In this document: in pieces, positions 14,350 through 26,065 of the stretch
Numbering within the stretch: position 1 is the first letter of the stretch
Layout: each line of letters starts with the position of its first letter
Source: Octopus sinensis
Lineage: Eukaryota
NCBI RefSeq assembly: GCF_006345805.1
Contig: NC_043006.1
Span: 16,492,001-16,556,000 of the forward strand
Direction: 5' to 3'
DNA length: 64,000 bases
Translations under genes and position numbers: made by a program
The notes under the pieces: generated by a model
Databases searched by the model: none
Told to the model about the DNA's origin: nothing
The model's input: only the letters and a program-made list of their open reading frames with translations

Positions 14350-17300
14350 TTAAAATGGCCATGTGTGTATCATACTTAATGTATATACGCTTTTGATAAT
14401 AAGCCAACTTAAGAACCTCTATGTAGTTGTTTGACATGCTAAACACAGCTGCTAAATCTCCCTCATATCACTTCCTACCATCTTTGAAAAAAAAATTGCA
14501 ATAGTACATTGAGTAATGTAGATCTAGAGACAGTATGTCTGAAAAAATTGATGAGGTGATCATGGCTGGAATGTCTTTGGTCACAGGTCTGCTTAATCGG
14601 GGCTGACCTTTGACCAAACAACATCAACCCACCACCACCACCACCTTACTAATAAATCAACAACACTCTTTCTCTTACAAACTAACTTTCAATCTAAGTC
14701 CCTTCCTTATTGACTTGAATAAAGTTTTTGTGTTTTACTGAGATCCCAATCTTCCTTTTAATACCATAACACAGCACACTCTTCACAATTGAAGCTTTGT
14801 CAAGTGAAGCCTTTTATCAAAGGTGAATAAGAGTATAGCCATCTGGAATAAAGAGCATTTTTTTTTATATATACATATTACCTACTTTACCTGGTACTTA
14901 TCACCACTACATTGTGTGTACAACAATCTGATTGTAGTATAATAGGACGGCTGTTATGATGACCATGACCTACCTGGAATAGACTCCCAAAGCTGTTACA
15001 ATCAATGTCAGATCTAATGTGCTAAATTCACTATACATTTCGTATCCCTAATCCCCACCCTCTACATTCAAAACTTTCCTTACTTTATAACTATACATCA
15101 ATGTGTATATTTATTCAAATGAATATGAATGATAAATGTTAAATATAGTGGTAAATTTTAGGTGACTAAAGCAGTAGTTGGGGTGCTTCTGTGTTGGAAA
15201 GTTACCATTGAAATTAAATGCCTTCTAAAAAAGCTATATTGAAAAATTATTTATACTACTTTACTACTTAACCTGTAATTTTATAAAACATGTATTCATG
15301 AAGAAAAAAAACTCTGCCAAACTATAAAAAAAAAAATTTAAATAAGCACTTCAACCATGAATTTTATAATAAAATTCTATTTTATTTTCATTTTTTCAAA
15401 AAAAATTTTTTTGAAATTTTGTTTTAAACACAATTATAATTACCTGAAGCAAGGAATTACAAATGCAAATAAAATATAAAAAGTAATGAAATGTCTAAAA
15501 TTGAAAATTAGTTGAAAATATAAGCTTTAAATAAAATTTGATATATAAAAATATATTCAATTATCATGATTTCCCCTCAAATATTGAACGTCTTTCAGAA
15601 AACCACATTTCACTCTTCGGATGAAAGTTGCTGGTTCTATACCACTGGGCTTCAGTATTCAAATTACTAATGTAGCTAGAGTGTGTGCCACCCAGGGTAG
15701 CCCTTCAGTTTTCCACCCCCAGGCCCTCACAGGAAAATACATATTGCCTACAGTAGACCCATAAATGGTGCCACCCGGAGTAAACCACCCCCTCTGCTCA
15801 CCCACCCTCTAGTATTTCAAATAACTGTGACTTGTCACTAAGCATTTTTTTAAAACTTAACTCTTTCTAATCACCAAACTGCCTGTCTTTCTATTAATTA
15901 ATCAAACTTGTAGAGGAGTTGAGTAAAATTCTGGCAACTTCATATTTGCATTTACAATGTTGTGTTATATTATAAGAAAAGTTTTTATTGAGATTTTAAT
16001 GTAAATATAAACAATTTAGCCTGGGTAGTCTTAGATGGATTGGTGTTAAAAGTTTTAAAGTGGAATACTGTAAATCATCCTCTGCCTCTTTGGGTTGGCT
16101 ATGCTTTTTGTTGTTGCCTTAATGATTGTATTTATAGGCTGCATATTATGAAGAGAAGAAAACTGGGTCAATTTCACACCTGTTGTATTCTGCCTCGTTC
16201 ATTTTTCAGTACAGTATACACTGCTCCCTTTTGTATACCTGATGTTACTGCTACCTTAACCCTCAACATAGTTTTTTTTGTATATTCATAGCCAGTCTTT
16301 TTGTATACTCATAGCCGCCCGCCTTTTAAACTTCCATCTTTGTTCCTTTTTGGTTGACTAAATCAAACTGGTTCTAATATTGTTTGTTAGTCCTTTAACT
16401 TTCCATCTGTTTGACTGGTTGGAATAATGGAATTGACTTTAAAAAGCAAAAAAAATGCAATGCCATCGTTTCAATTCCTGAACTGGGCAGTGCATTACAT
16501 TTCTGAGCAAAACACTTCATTTCACATTGCTCCAGTTCACTCTACTGTGAACATGTTCCAACAACAGTTGGTAAGCTAACCCTGTGAGGGCCTAGCATCC
16601 CATTCAGGAGATAGTGTTGTGATCTCAGTTGCTTTACCCTTTAGCATTTAAGCTGGCCAAGTCTGGCCAAAATATTCTACCTGTTTTATGTTCAAACAAT
16701 GCCAAATTTGATCTCTTACATCTACCCTACAACATCATTCTAAAAATAAACAATGGCATCTTGGGCAAGAGTCTTCTGCTATAGCCTCAGGCCGACCAAT
16801 GCCTTGTGAGTGGATTTGGTAGACGAAAACTGAAAGAAGACCGTTGTATATATGTGTATATGTTTGTGTGTCTGTGTTTGTCCCCCTAGCATTGCTTGAC
16901 AACCGATGCTGGTGTGTTTACGTCCCCGTCACTTAGCGGTTCGGCAAAAGAGACCGATAGAATAAGTACTGGGCTTACAAAAGAATAAGTCCCGGGGCCG
17001 AGTTGCTCGATTAAAGGCAGTGCTCGAGCATGGCTGCAGTCAAATGACTGAAACGAGTAAAAGAGTAAAAGAGAAAAGAGAGAGAGAGAGAATTGCATCA
17101 TTGAAATCTTAAAGCTAATGCATGATTAATCCAAAACAATTTACATTACATTTGGAAGAGTAATCTGAATGCTAAACGGTTAAATACCATAGAAATTGGG
17201 TTAAGCTCTGGCTTAGGAGTCCTGGAGTTCATAACAAGTCTAAGTCTAAAGACAATCCTCTCTTTGTTACTGTAGATCAATGTTCATGAAAGCTTCCTTT

Positions 17301-17547
17301 TAATAACCATATTTCTGTTGAAATACAATATCTTTATTTTAGTTAACATTCCTTATCAAACTAGTGTTTGAAATATAAATTAATAGGAAATTTTAATGGA
17401 AGGTTTTAACTTAGATCCCTTTTGTCCTTTGTTACCAACTTGCCTGAGACCTCCTCTGGTTCTCAAACACAAACATCCTGTTTTAAAGTAATTTGCATTA
17501 AAATCTTCCATTAGTTTCATGCTAGTTTAAGATTCAAGGACCAGTTT

Positions 17548-17903
17548 ATCATCATCATCATCGTTTAACGTCCGTTCTCCATGCTAGCATGGGTTGGATG
17601 GTTCGACCGGGGATCTGGGAAGCCAGAAGGTTGCACCAGGCTCCGGTCTTATCTGGCAACGTTTCTACAGCTGGATGCCCTTCCTAACGCCAACCACTCC
17701 ATGAGTGTAGTGGGTGCTTTTTACGTGCCACCTGCACTGGTGCCAGGCGAGGCTGGCATCGGCCACGGTCGGATTGGTGCATTTTACATGCCACCTGCAC
17801 GGAAGCCAGTCGAGACGGCACTGGCTTCGGCCACGATTCGGATGGTGCTTTTTACATGCCACCGACATGGAAGCCAGTCAAGGCGGTGCTGGCATCGGCC
17901 ACG
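17548..17903 (-). mobile_element. RTE 3'-UTR copy (young subfamily)
   Basis: Near-identical to the copies at 30330, 55437 and 56640. Confidence 0.8.
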
Positions 17904-18304
17904 AATTTTTATTTTCCTAAAATTTTCGTTTCGTCTTGCAACTTTTTGAATAGTCCTTGAGTACTTGTAGCAGTGTCCATTCTGGGGCAAACATTCTGGC
18001 TTCATCTCCAGTCTGACAATAACTTATTCTCTCCCTCTCGCTCATCGCAAGGCCCTCAAAAAATTATCATTGTTGTGAAGGCACATGTATGGCTTTATAG
18101 TTAAGAAGTTTGCTTTCCAACTACATGGTTTCAGGTTCAGTCCCACTGCTCAGTTACTCAGACAAATGTCTTCTACTATAGTCCCATCCTTCAGAAACTG
18201 AAATAAACCCATAGAATATCTATCTATTAGCTACGAATTTTCTGTTTTGTTATGTTTTTGTAAAATTTTCCATTTGTTGTGTTTTTGTTAAATTTTTAAA
18301 TATT

Positions 18305-18607
18305 GCCAGTGGCACATAAAAGAACCATCCGAACGTGGCCGTTGCCAGCGCCGCCTCGACTGGCCTCCATGCCGGTGGCATGTAAAAAGCACCAACCGAT
18401 CATGGCCGTTGCCAGCCTTGCCTGGCACATAAAAAGCACCCACTACACTCATGGAGTGGTTGGCGTTAGGAAGGGCATCCAGCTGTAGAAACACTGCCAG
18501 ATCAGACTGGGCCTGGTGCAGCCTCCTGGTTTCCCAGACCCCAGTCGAACCGTCCAACCCATGCTAGCATGGAAAGCAGACGTTAAACGATGATGATGAT
18601 GATGATG
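18305..18607 (+). mobile_element. RTE 3'-UTR copy
   Basis: Family core plus (GAT)n tail. Confidence 0.8.
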
Positions 18608-19230
18608 TGTGTGTGTGTATGATTGCATAAAAGGGGGAGAGAGAGCGAGCATGTATGTGTGTCTATGTATCGTAACATCACAAGATAGGTATAAACTGAG
18701 TGCTCACAAGCAATGTTGTTTGTTTCCAGTCTTCCAAAGATTACAAAGCTGCGGAGGGTTAATTGGGCCCAAAACTATAAGGACAAATGAGTTTTAATCT
18801 TGTAATGCAATCAATCTATTGTTCCAATCCCAAGTTGAATTCCATCTGTTGGCCAGTTTGTCCCAAAGTTCTTATCTCAATGTAAAATTAACAAAGTGAA
18901 TGTCATTTATTTCCCCCTTTGATCTCTGACATCATCTGACAAACACCAACCAAGATGGCATGAATCAGCCAAGCTGTACCTGCTAGAAATAGCAACCTAA
19001 ATGCTTTTAAATCAGATCCCAATACAGGATGGTCAAGAACCAAATGGAGGGCAGATTTTCAATCTTAGGATCATCCTGATTCCAAAAGGGTATAATGTGT
19101 CTATGTAGAGCAAATTTAGACTGAGATATAGGGGTCTCAGACGGACAGACAGAATTTCACCTTTATTTAAATAGATTTTTCTTATTATTACTGTATTATG
19201 ATAGTAACTATTATTTTTATTTCATTTCAG

Positions 19231-19800
19231 AGTTACATTCCATCAAAACTTGACATTCTGTTGGCAAGAAAGGCTACCAAAGGCATTGTTGAGCATCCAA
19301 TAAAGATTTGCGGTGTTCCGTTCCTGTTTGTCGATGTTGGTGGTCAAAGGTCACAGCGGCCCAAATGGTACAAGTGTTTTGACGACGTCACCTCCATTCT
19401 GTTCCTTGTATCCAGCAGCGAATTTGACCAAGTTCTTCAAGAGGACCGGATGACCAACAGGCTGGTCGAGTCCTGTGATATTTTTGAAACATTAGTGAAT
19501 TATCCATTGTTTACTGGGATGGCATTTATTCTCTTTTTGAATAAAACTGATCTGCTGGAAGAGAAAGTCAAACAAATTAACATTAAGGACTACTTTTCAA
19601 ATTTCAGCAAGGACCCACATTCCCTTACAGACGTCCAGAGTTTTATACTGGACATGTTTGATAACAAAAGACGCGACAAGTCTGGACTACTCTATCACCA
19701 TTTTACGACAGCAATTGATACAGAAAATATTCGATTCGTATTCGATTCTGTCAAGTCTAAAATCTTACAGGACAATCTTAAGACTCTGATGCTACAATAG
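19231..19800 (+). CDS. GNA12: G-protein alpha subunit, G12/13 family, last coding exon
   Basis: tttcag acceptor at 19230. Encodes [22 protein letters not shown] (switch I Arg), DVGGQRSQR (G3), FLNKTD (G4), [15 protein letters not shown] (G5) and the C-terminal MLQ typical of Galpha12/13. The first 11 codons of the ORF-track call are intron. The GNA12 versus GNA13 label is family-level only. Confidence 0.95.
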   Translation, partial: SYIPSKLDILLARKATKGIVEHPIKICGVPFLFVDVGGQRSQRPKWYKCFDDVTSILFLVSSSEFDQVLQEDRMTNRLVESCDIFETLVNYPLFTGMAFILFLNKTDLLEEKVKQINIKDYFSNFSKDPHSLTDVQSFILDMFDNKRRDKSGLLYHHFTTAIDTENIRFVFDSVKSKILQDNLKTLMLQ

Positions 19801-20177
19801 GAGGGTGGGACGGAAAAGCAAAAAAAAAAAAATAATAATAATAATAATAAGTAAAACGGAACCTGCTGTAAATATTTTCATATAATTCTGTTTTTGTTAA
19901 AACCCTATACTAATACTTATTATATATAAAAATAGTACCAATGTCAAATAGTGAAATCAATAAAGATGAAGAAAAATATAGAGAGTTTGTGAGGAAAACT
20001 GGAATTATAGCTCACAGTGATAGCAATTTGATCTCTGTGGAATGAGACGGGCATGAAATCAGGTCAATATGAAATCAGGTCAATATAAGACTGCAACTTT
20101 ATACCTATAGCGTGTGTGTGTATATATATATATATATATAATGTGTGTGTATGCGTGTGTGTATGTGTATATGTATA

Positions 20178-20795
20178 TATCATCATCATCATCATCATCA
20201 TCGTTTAACGTCCGCTTTCCATGCTAGCATGGGTTGGACGGTTCAACTGGGGTCTGGCAAGCCCAAAGGCTGCACCAGGCCAGTCAGATCTGGCAGTGTT
20301 TCTACAGCTGGATGCCCTTCCTAACGCCAACCACTCCGAGAGTGTAGTGGTGATTTTGTGTGCCACCGACACAGGTGCCAGACGAGGCTGGCAGACGGCC
20401 ACGCTCGGATGGTGTTTTTTATGTGCCACCGACACAGGTGCCAGACGAGGCTGGCTGACGGCCACGCTCGGATGGTGTTTTCTTATGTGTCACCGACACA
20501 GGTGCCAGACGGGCTGGCGGACGGCCACGCTCGGATGGTGTTTGTTATGTCCCTCAGCACGGAGGCCAGTCGTTGCGGTACTGGCTACGATCACGTTCGG
20601 ATGGTTTTCTTATGTGCCACCGGCACTGGTACCACAAGGATACAAATTCCATTGATGTTCATCTATTTTGATTTGGTTCGATTTGATTTGATTTGATTTG
20701 ATTCGATTCTCACTTGCCTCAACAGGTCTTCACAAGTGTCACAAGAAGGAAGGTATGCACAGGTGGACTGACTACATCCCAGGTAGGGGCCACCA
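20178..20795 (-). mobile_element. RTE 3'-UTR copy with three to four tandem units of about 63 bp
   Basis: gtgccaccgacacaggtgccagacg..ggccacgctcggatggtg repeated between about 20358 and 20630. Confidence 0.8.
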
Positions 20796-20840
20796 TATAT
20801 ATATATACATATGTGTATATATGTAAATATATGTATATAC

Positions 20841-20886
<46 letters not shown>

Positions 20887-20967
20887 ATACGTACGTATGT
20901 ATATGTATGTATGTATTTATGTACATATTTATGTATGCGTATGGAAGTATACTTATATACCTATGTA

Positions 20968-21002
<35 letters not shown>
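20795..21002. repeat. Compound (TA)n/(TG)n microsatellite; many others, e.g. 1-57, 269-301, 932-1020, 8417-8479, 34204-34255, 40930-41010
   Basis: Directly visible dinucleotide runs. Confidence 0.95.
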
Positions 21003-21004
<2 letters not shown>

Positions 21005-21810
21005 TCTTTTTGTTTCAGTTAAGCAAATCGATCCCAGGACTTATTCTTTGTAAGCTTAGTACTTATTCTATTGGTCTCTTTTGCCGAATCACTAAGTTAC
21101 GGGGACGTAAACACACCAGCGATGTTGTAGGGACAAAAACAGACACACACATATATACATATATATACATATATACAACGGGCTTCTTTCAGTTTCCGTC
21201 CACCAAATCCACTCACAAGGCTTTGGTCGGCCCGAAGCTATAGTAGAAGACACTTGCCCAAAGTGTCACACAGTGGGACTGAACCCAGACCCATGCAGTT
21301 GGTAAGCAAGCTACTTACCACACAGCCACTCTTATAATTATATATACACACATATATATACATACATATATATATATGTGTGTGTATGTATTATATATCA
21401 TTCTGGATACTTAAGGTCAGTAATGTGATATTTTACAGGCTGAGTGCTGGTTTCAACAGCTCACTTGCGGGAACAGCTTTGTTGATCATTTGAATTACAC
21501 ATTGACTACACGTCTGGAGTTGTAGTATCAATATATCTCATAAAGGCCTATAGATGTTGTGATCTACATGGTATAAGCATTGTAAATTTTTATGCTGTTA
21601 AGTACAGAGCTGAAGGTGTTGTGAAAAATGCTTAGCGGTATTTTGTCCATCTCTACATTCGGAGTTCAAATTCCACTGAGGTCAACTTTGCCTTTCATCC
21701 TTTTGGGGGTTGATTAAATAAGTACCAGTTGAGCACTGAGGTCAATGTAATTGACTTACTCCTGTCCCCCCCCCCCCAAATTTCTGACCTTGTGCCAAAA
21801 TTTGAAATCA

Positions 21811-21843
<33 letters not shown>

Positions 21844-23555
21844 GTAAGGTGGCGAGCTGGCAGAATCGTTAGCACGCTGGACGAAATACTTAGCGATATT
21901 TCGCCCGACACTATGTTTTGAGTTCAAATTCTGCTGAGGTCAACTTTGCCTTTCATCCTTTCAGGGTCGATAAATTAAGTACCAGTGAAACACTGGGATC
22001 AATGTAATTAACTAGCCCCCTCCTCCTAAATTTCAGGCATCATGCCTATAATAGAAAGGATTATTATTATTATTATTATTATCATTGTTAAGGTATTGGT
22101 AGAAATGACAAAGCCAAAATGGTTTCTGGTATTTAGTTATATTCATTTACATTCTTTGAGTGGTTTGATCTTACCTTTCATTTTATAAACATTAGTCAAA
22201 CATTGGCTTAATTAAATCATTTGATCACTTTCTTTCTCTCACAGATTATGACCTCATACAATGGTTAGAAACTACCATTTCTATGCTTGTTAGTAGGATG
22301 CTATGAAAACTTGTAAAAACAGAGATTAATCAACTATGCTATGCGACAGTTGGTAGTCACAAAATGTGCCTCTCTGCTGTGCGGGGTTTCTTCATGCCTT
22401 AGACATCTTAAAATAAAATAGATTTTAATTAAAGTAAAAATCAGAAATAAAATTAATAAACAAATGAATGAAACTGGTTAACAACGAATGATGACTGACT
22501 TGAATGATTGATTGATCGGTGAACACAATTATTGAATGACTGCTGATAAGTGCCTTATCATAATATTTAAGAATTAATCTTGCAGTTTAGAATCTTCCAC
22601 TGGAATGTTTTGCCAAGTTTACAAAGAGCACCATTGTTTCTCTACAGCTTCCACTTTCAACTCTGCTGTCTCCCTTCTTTGTTACTTTTTGCCCTTTTGA
22701 TATCAACCTGTCTGAGACCAGCCCTGGTTCTAGGAGACAAACTTGCTGTTTTAAAGTGATCTAAAATGAAACGTTCCATCAAAATTTCATGTTAATTCAT
22801 GTTCCAAACACCAGCTTAAATAATGAAATTAAATCAAAACGAAGGCAGTGTATTTCAATGGAAATACAGTAATGAAAGGATTTTTAAAAAAGGGGCTACA
22901 AAGGATCACTATGTTTGTACAGTAATATATATATATATATATATTTAATTTTTTTATTGGAAATGTTTGTAAAATAATGTTAAATATCTTGTTTTCTTCT
23001 TTAAACAGTTGCTTTTTTCCGTTTTTTTATTTTTTATGCTTTCTTGTTGTTACAATTAATAAGATAATGAGAGTAAATTTGACAACTCCCATAAAGCAAC
23101 CACATTAAGATAATGGAGTAAAATTATTGTGGATTCATTATCTTTATCATCTGTCCTTCTCATCATTATCACCATCAAACTTGTGTAAACTGTAGCAAAA
23201 CGGTGAAAACATTACAGCAGAATGCTACCAGAGCTGATCTTTTCTTTTCTCACCTTCAATATTACTTAACACTTTAGCCTTTAAATCAGCCATATCCAGT
23301 CCAGACATCTTACATATTTCACATTCAAACCACCCAGATCTGGCCTTTCACACATATCTTACAATGCCATTCTAATAGTAAAAAATCACATCATCAGGAT
23401 CTTGAAGCTTCGAGATAATTCATGATTAATTTAAAACAATGTGAATAAATAAATATTACATTTGACAAAGTAACTGGAATACCAAAAGGTTAAATACTTG
23501 TAATATACTGAGGTTAATTTGATCAATTATCCTATTCCTTTCATAATAATCCGTA

Positions 23556-23864
23556 CCTGTGACACGTAAAAGGGCACCATTCGAGCGTGATCGTTACCAA
23601 TGTCACTTCACTGGCACGTGTAAAAAGATTCGAGCGAGGTCATTGCCAGTACCGCCTGATTGGCCCCCGTGCCGGTGGCATGTAAAAAGCACCCACTACA
23701 CTCTTGGAGTGGTTGGCGTTAGGAAGGGCATCCAGCTGTAGAAACTCTGCCAAATCAAGATTGGGGCCTGGTGCAGCCATCTGGTTCGCCAGCCCTATGT
23801 CAAAATCGTCCAACCCATGCTAACATGGAAAGCGGAGATTAAACGATGATGATGATGATGATGA
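23556..23864 (+). mobile_element. RTE 3'-UTR copy
   Basis: Family core plus (GAT)n tail. Confidence 0.8.
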
Positions 23865-25104
23865 TAGCATTAAAAAGACAAAAAAACATTCACCATGTTG
23901 CTCTAAATAAGGGAATCATAGTCATCATATCATAAATAAGAAGACCAACATAGCTATAGTGTACATATGTATGTGCAGGCATGGCTATGAAGTTAAGAAA
24001 TTCACTTCAGCACCTTGTGGTTATGAGTTCAATCTCACTACATGAATGTTGTTAGCTAATGTTCTAAAGCCACATGTCAAGTAATAACTTGTGAGAGAAA
24101 TTGGTGGACAGAAACTGAAGATAAACAGCGCATGACCTTGCAGGTAGGGCCCAGTTAGAATTTTCTTCTGGTCAAGTAGCCCATCCCACTCAAAAGGTCC
24201 TTGAATAAGGATTGTTTAAGGATGTTGAACAAACCACCCATGCTTCCAAAGGTGAATTATCCAAACCTCCAAGAATTCCTTTCAATACTCAGCTATGATG
24301 CTCCCCCACAACTTCTGCTCATGATCAGAGATGCACATATCGTCAGCCACTAAGGGACATGCTCAACTGGTTAAAGTCAAACAACCGACAAGCAAATCTA
24401 TGGTAGTGAGCAGAATATTATTATTATTATTATTATTATTATTGTTAAGATATTCAACTGGTAGAAATGGCAGAGCCAAAATGTGTGTGTTTGGTGGAGG
24501 AGTTTCTCCTTGTCATTGCATGCTCACTGACTAAATAAATCAACAGCCTTGCTAGCAATACACGTGGATTTTTTGACACCTTGCAATGATCTTTGTAAAC
24601 AGAAATGCTCTTTGTAACTGTGTCCGGGTTGTTCATTGTTCAACAGGCAAGGAAATTACAACCATGCTTAGAAACAGGTAAGGGTTGATGACAGGAAAGG
24701 CATCTAAGGCATGAGAACATGGATGTTAAAATGATGGTAATGATTTATCATAATCAATGACAGGGCTTGCTGTCTCACACTGGCACAACAGAATGCCATC
24801 CTCCTCTTTGTTTGTAACCATGAAGCACGCCTTCATTGTGCAGAGTTTTTGTGCAATTCTTTGTGAGTGTTTGGGGATTGTGCCATTTAGTTCTCAGTCC
24901 TAAATATCTTTCTTTTCTTGTTTTTTTGGGGTCTTTTATTTTGCAGAGATTTACATGTTGATACAAGGGAGGTGAATTTATGTTTTTCAAATAAGGAATT
25001 TCTTATTTCACTGATTTGTAGGAAGAAAAAACTGAAAATAGCACCACTCACCACACTTTTGAACAAGTGATTGCATATGTAAACAGACATGCATATATAA
25101 GAAG

Positions 25105-25646
25105 ACCTGGGATGAAGTGATGAAGCACAACCATCGAACATTAGGCCTCATCGAGGCAATGACTAATGACCAAGACTTTTGGAAATATGCTGTGCTTGAG
25201 AAGACCCAGCAAGCCAAATGAGACCATAACCTCGTGGCCTATTCTAGGAGTGTAACCAGCCCAGTTATGCATACCTTTCCTTCATTGGACACTGCTTGTG
25301 AAGACCTGTGAAATTGAAATCAAATTCGATGACTGGCATCCAGGCTAGTGGAGCACTAAGAGCACCATCCGAGTGGGATCGTTGCCAGCGTCGCCTTACA
25401 GGCACATAAGAAAACACCATTTGGGCGTTGCCATTGCCAGTACCGCCTGACTGGCCCTCATGCCAGTGGCACATAAAAGCACCCACTACATTCTCGGAGT
25501 GGTTGGCATTAGGAAGGGCATTCAGCTGTAGAAACTCTGCCAGATCAAGATTAGAGCCTGGTACAGCCATCTGGTTCGCCAGTCCTCAGTCAAATCACCC
25601 AACCCATGCTAGCATGGAAAGCAGATGTTAAACGATGATGATGATA
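25105..25646 (+). mobile_element. RTE LINE 3' end: last codons of the ORF plus 3' UTR with tandem units and (GAT)n tail
   Basis: Begins TWDEVMKH..LGLIEAMTNDQDFWKYAVLEKT (same family as 45223-45797) and continues directly into the abundant ggaagggcatcc..(GAT)n repeat. Confidence 0.82.
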
Positions 25647-26034
25647 TATATATATATATTGATAGTTGTGTAATCCGAAAAGATTTTGGTACAGGAAATT
25701 AATAAGCATCAAGCATATACATAGCTTTTACAGATGACAGAAAGTGTATAATACACTATCAACAAACATTATTAACCAGTGTGTGTTATAAACTTCATCC
25801 CATATTGAAATAGATGGAAATTTCAATAAGATGACTGCCACTATGCAATGGAAATTGCTAACTATGCAAATATAAATCAAAGAGTGTAAAGAATGGAAAA
25901 GGTAAATCAAGGCTACATATGTTTCCAAGTTAATCTTAACATGTCTTACATAGTTTGTACCACATATGTACATGTTAATATTTTAGATATTAAGATTAAC
26001 TTTGAAACATGTCTAGTCTTGATTTACTTTCTCT

Positions 26035-26065
<31 letters not shown>

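Noticed and set aside
19198-19230. ATG start of the 200-aa Galpha ORF
   Set aside because: Intronic T-rich tract ending in cag; homology starts at 19231.
20350-20630. Regularly spaced repeats resembling a CRISPR array
   Set aside because: Whole units are duplicated with no unique spacers; the context is eukaryotic with no cas genes; the array is part of the RTE UTR.
20663-21243. ORFs rich in YI/IY/CV repeats
   Set aside because: Translations of (TA)n and (TG)n microsatellites.
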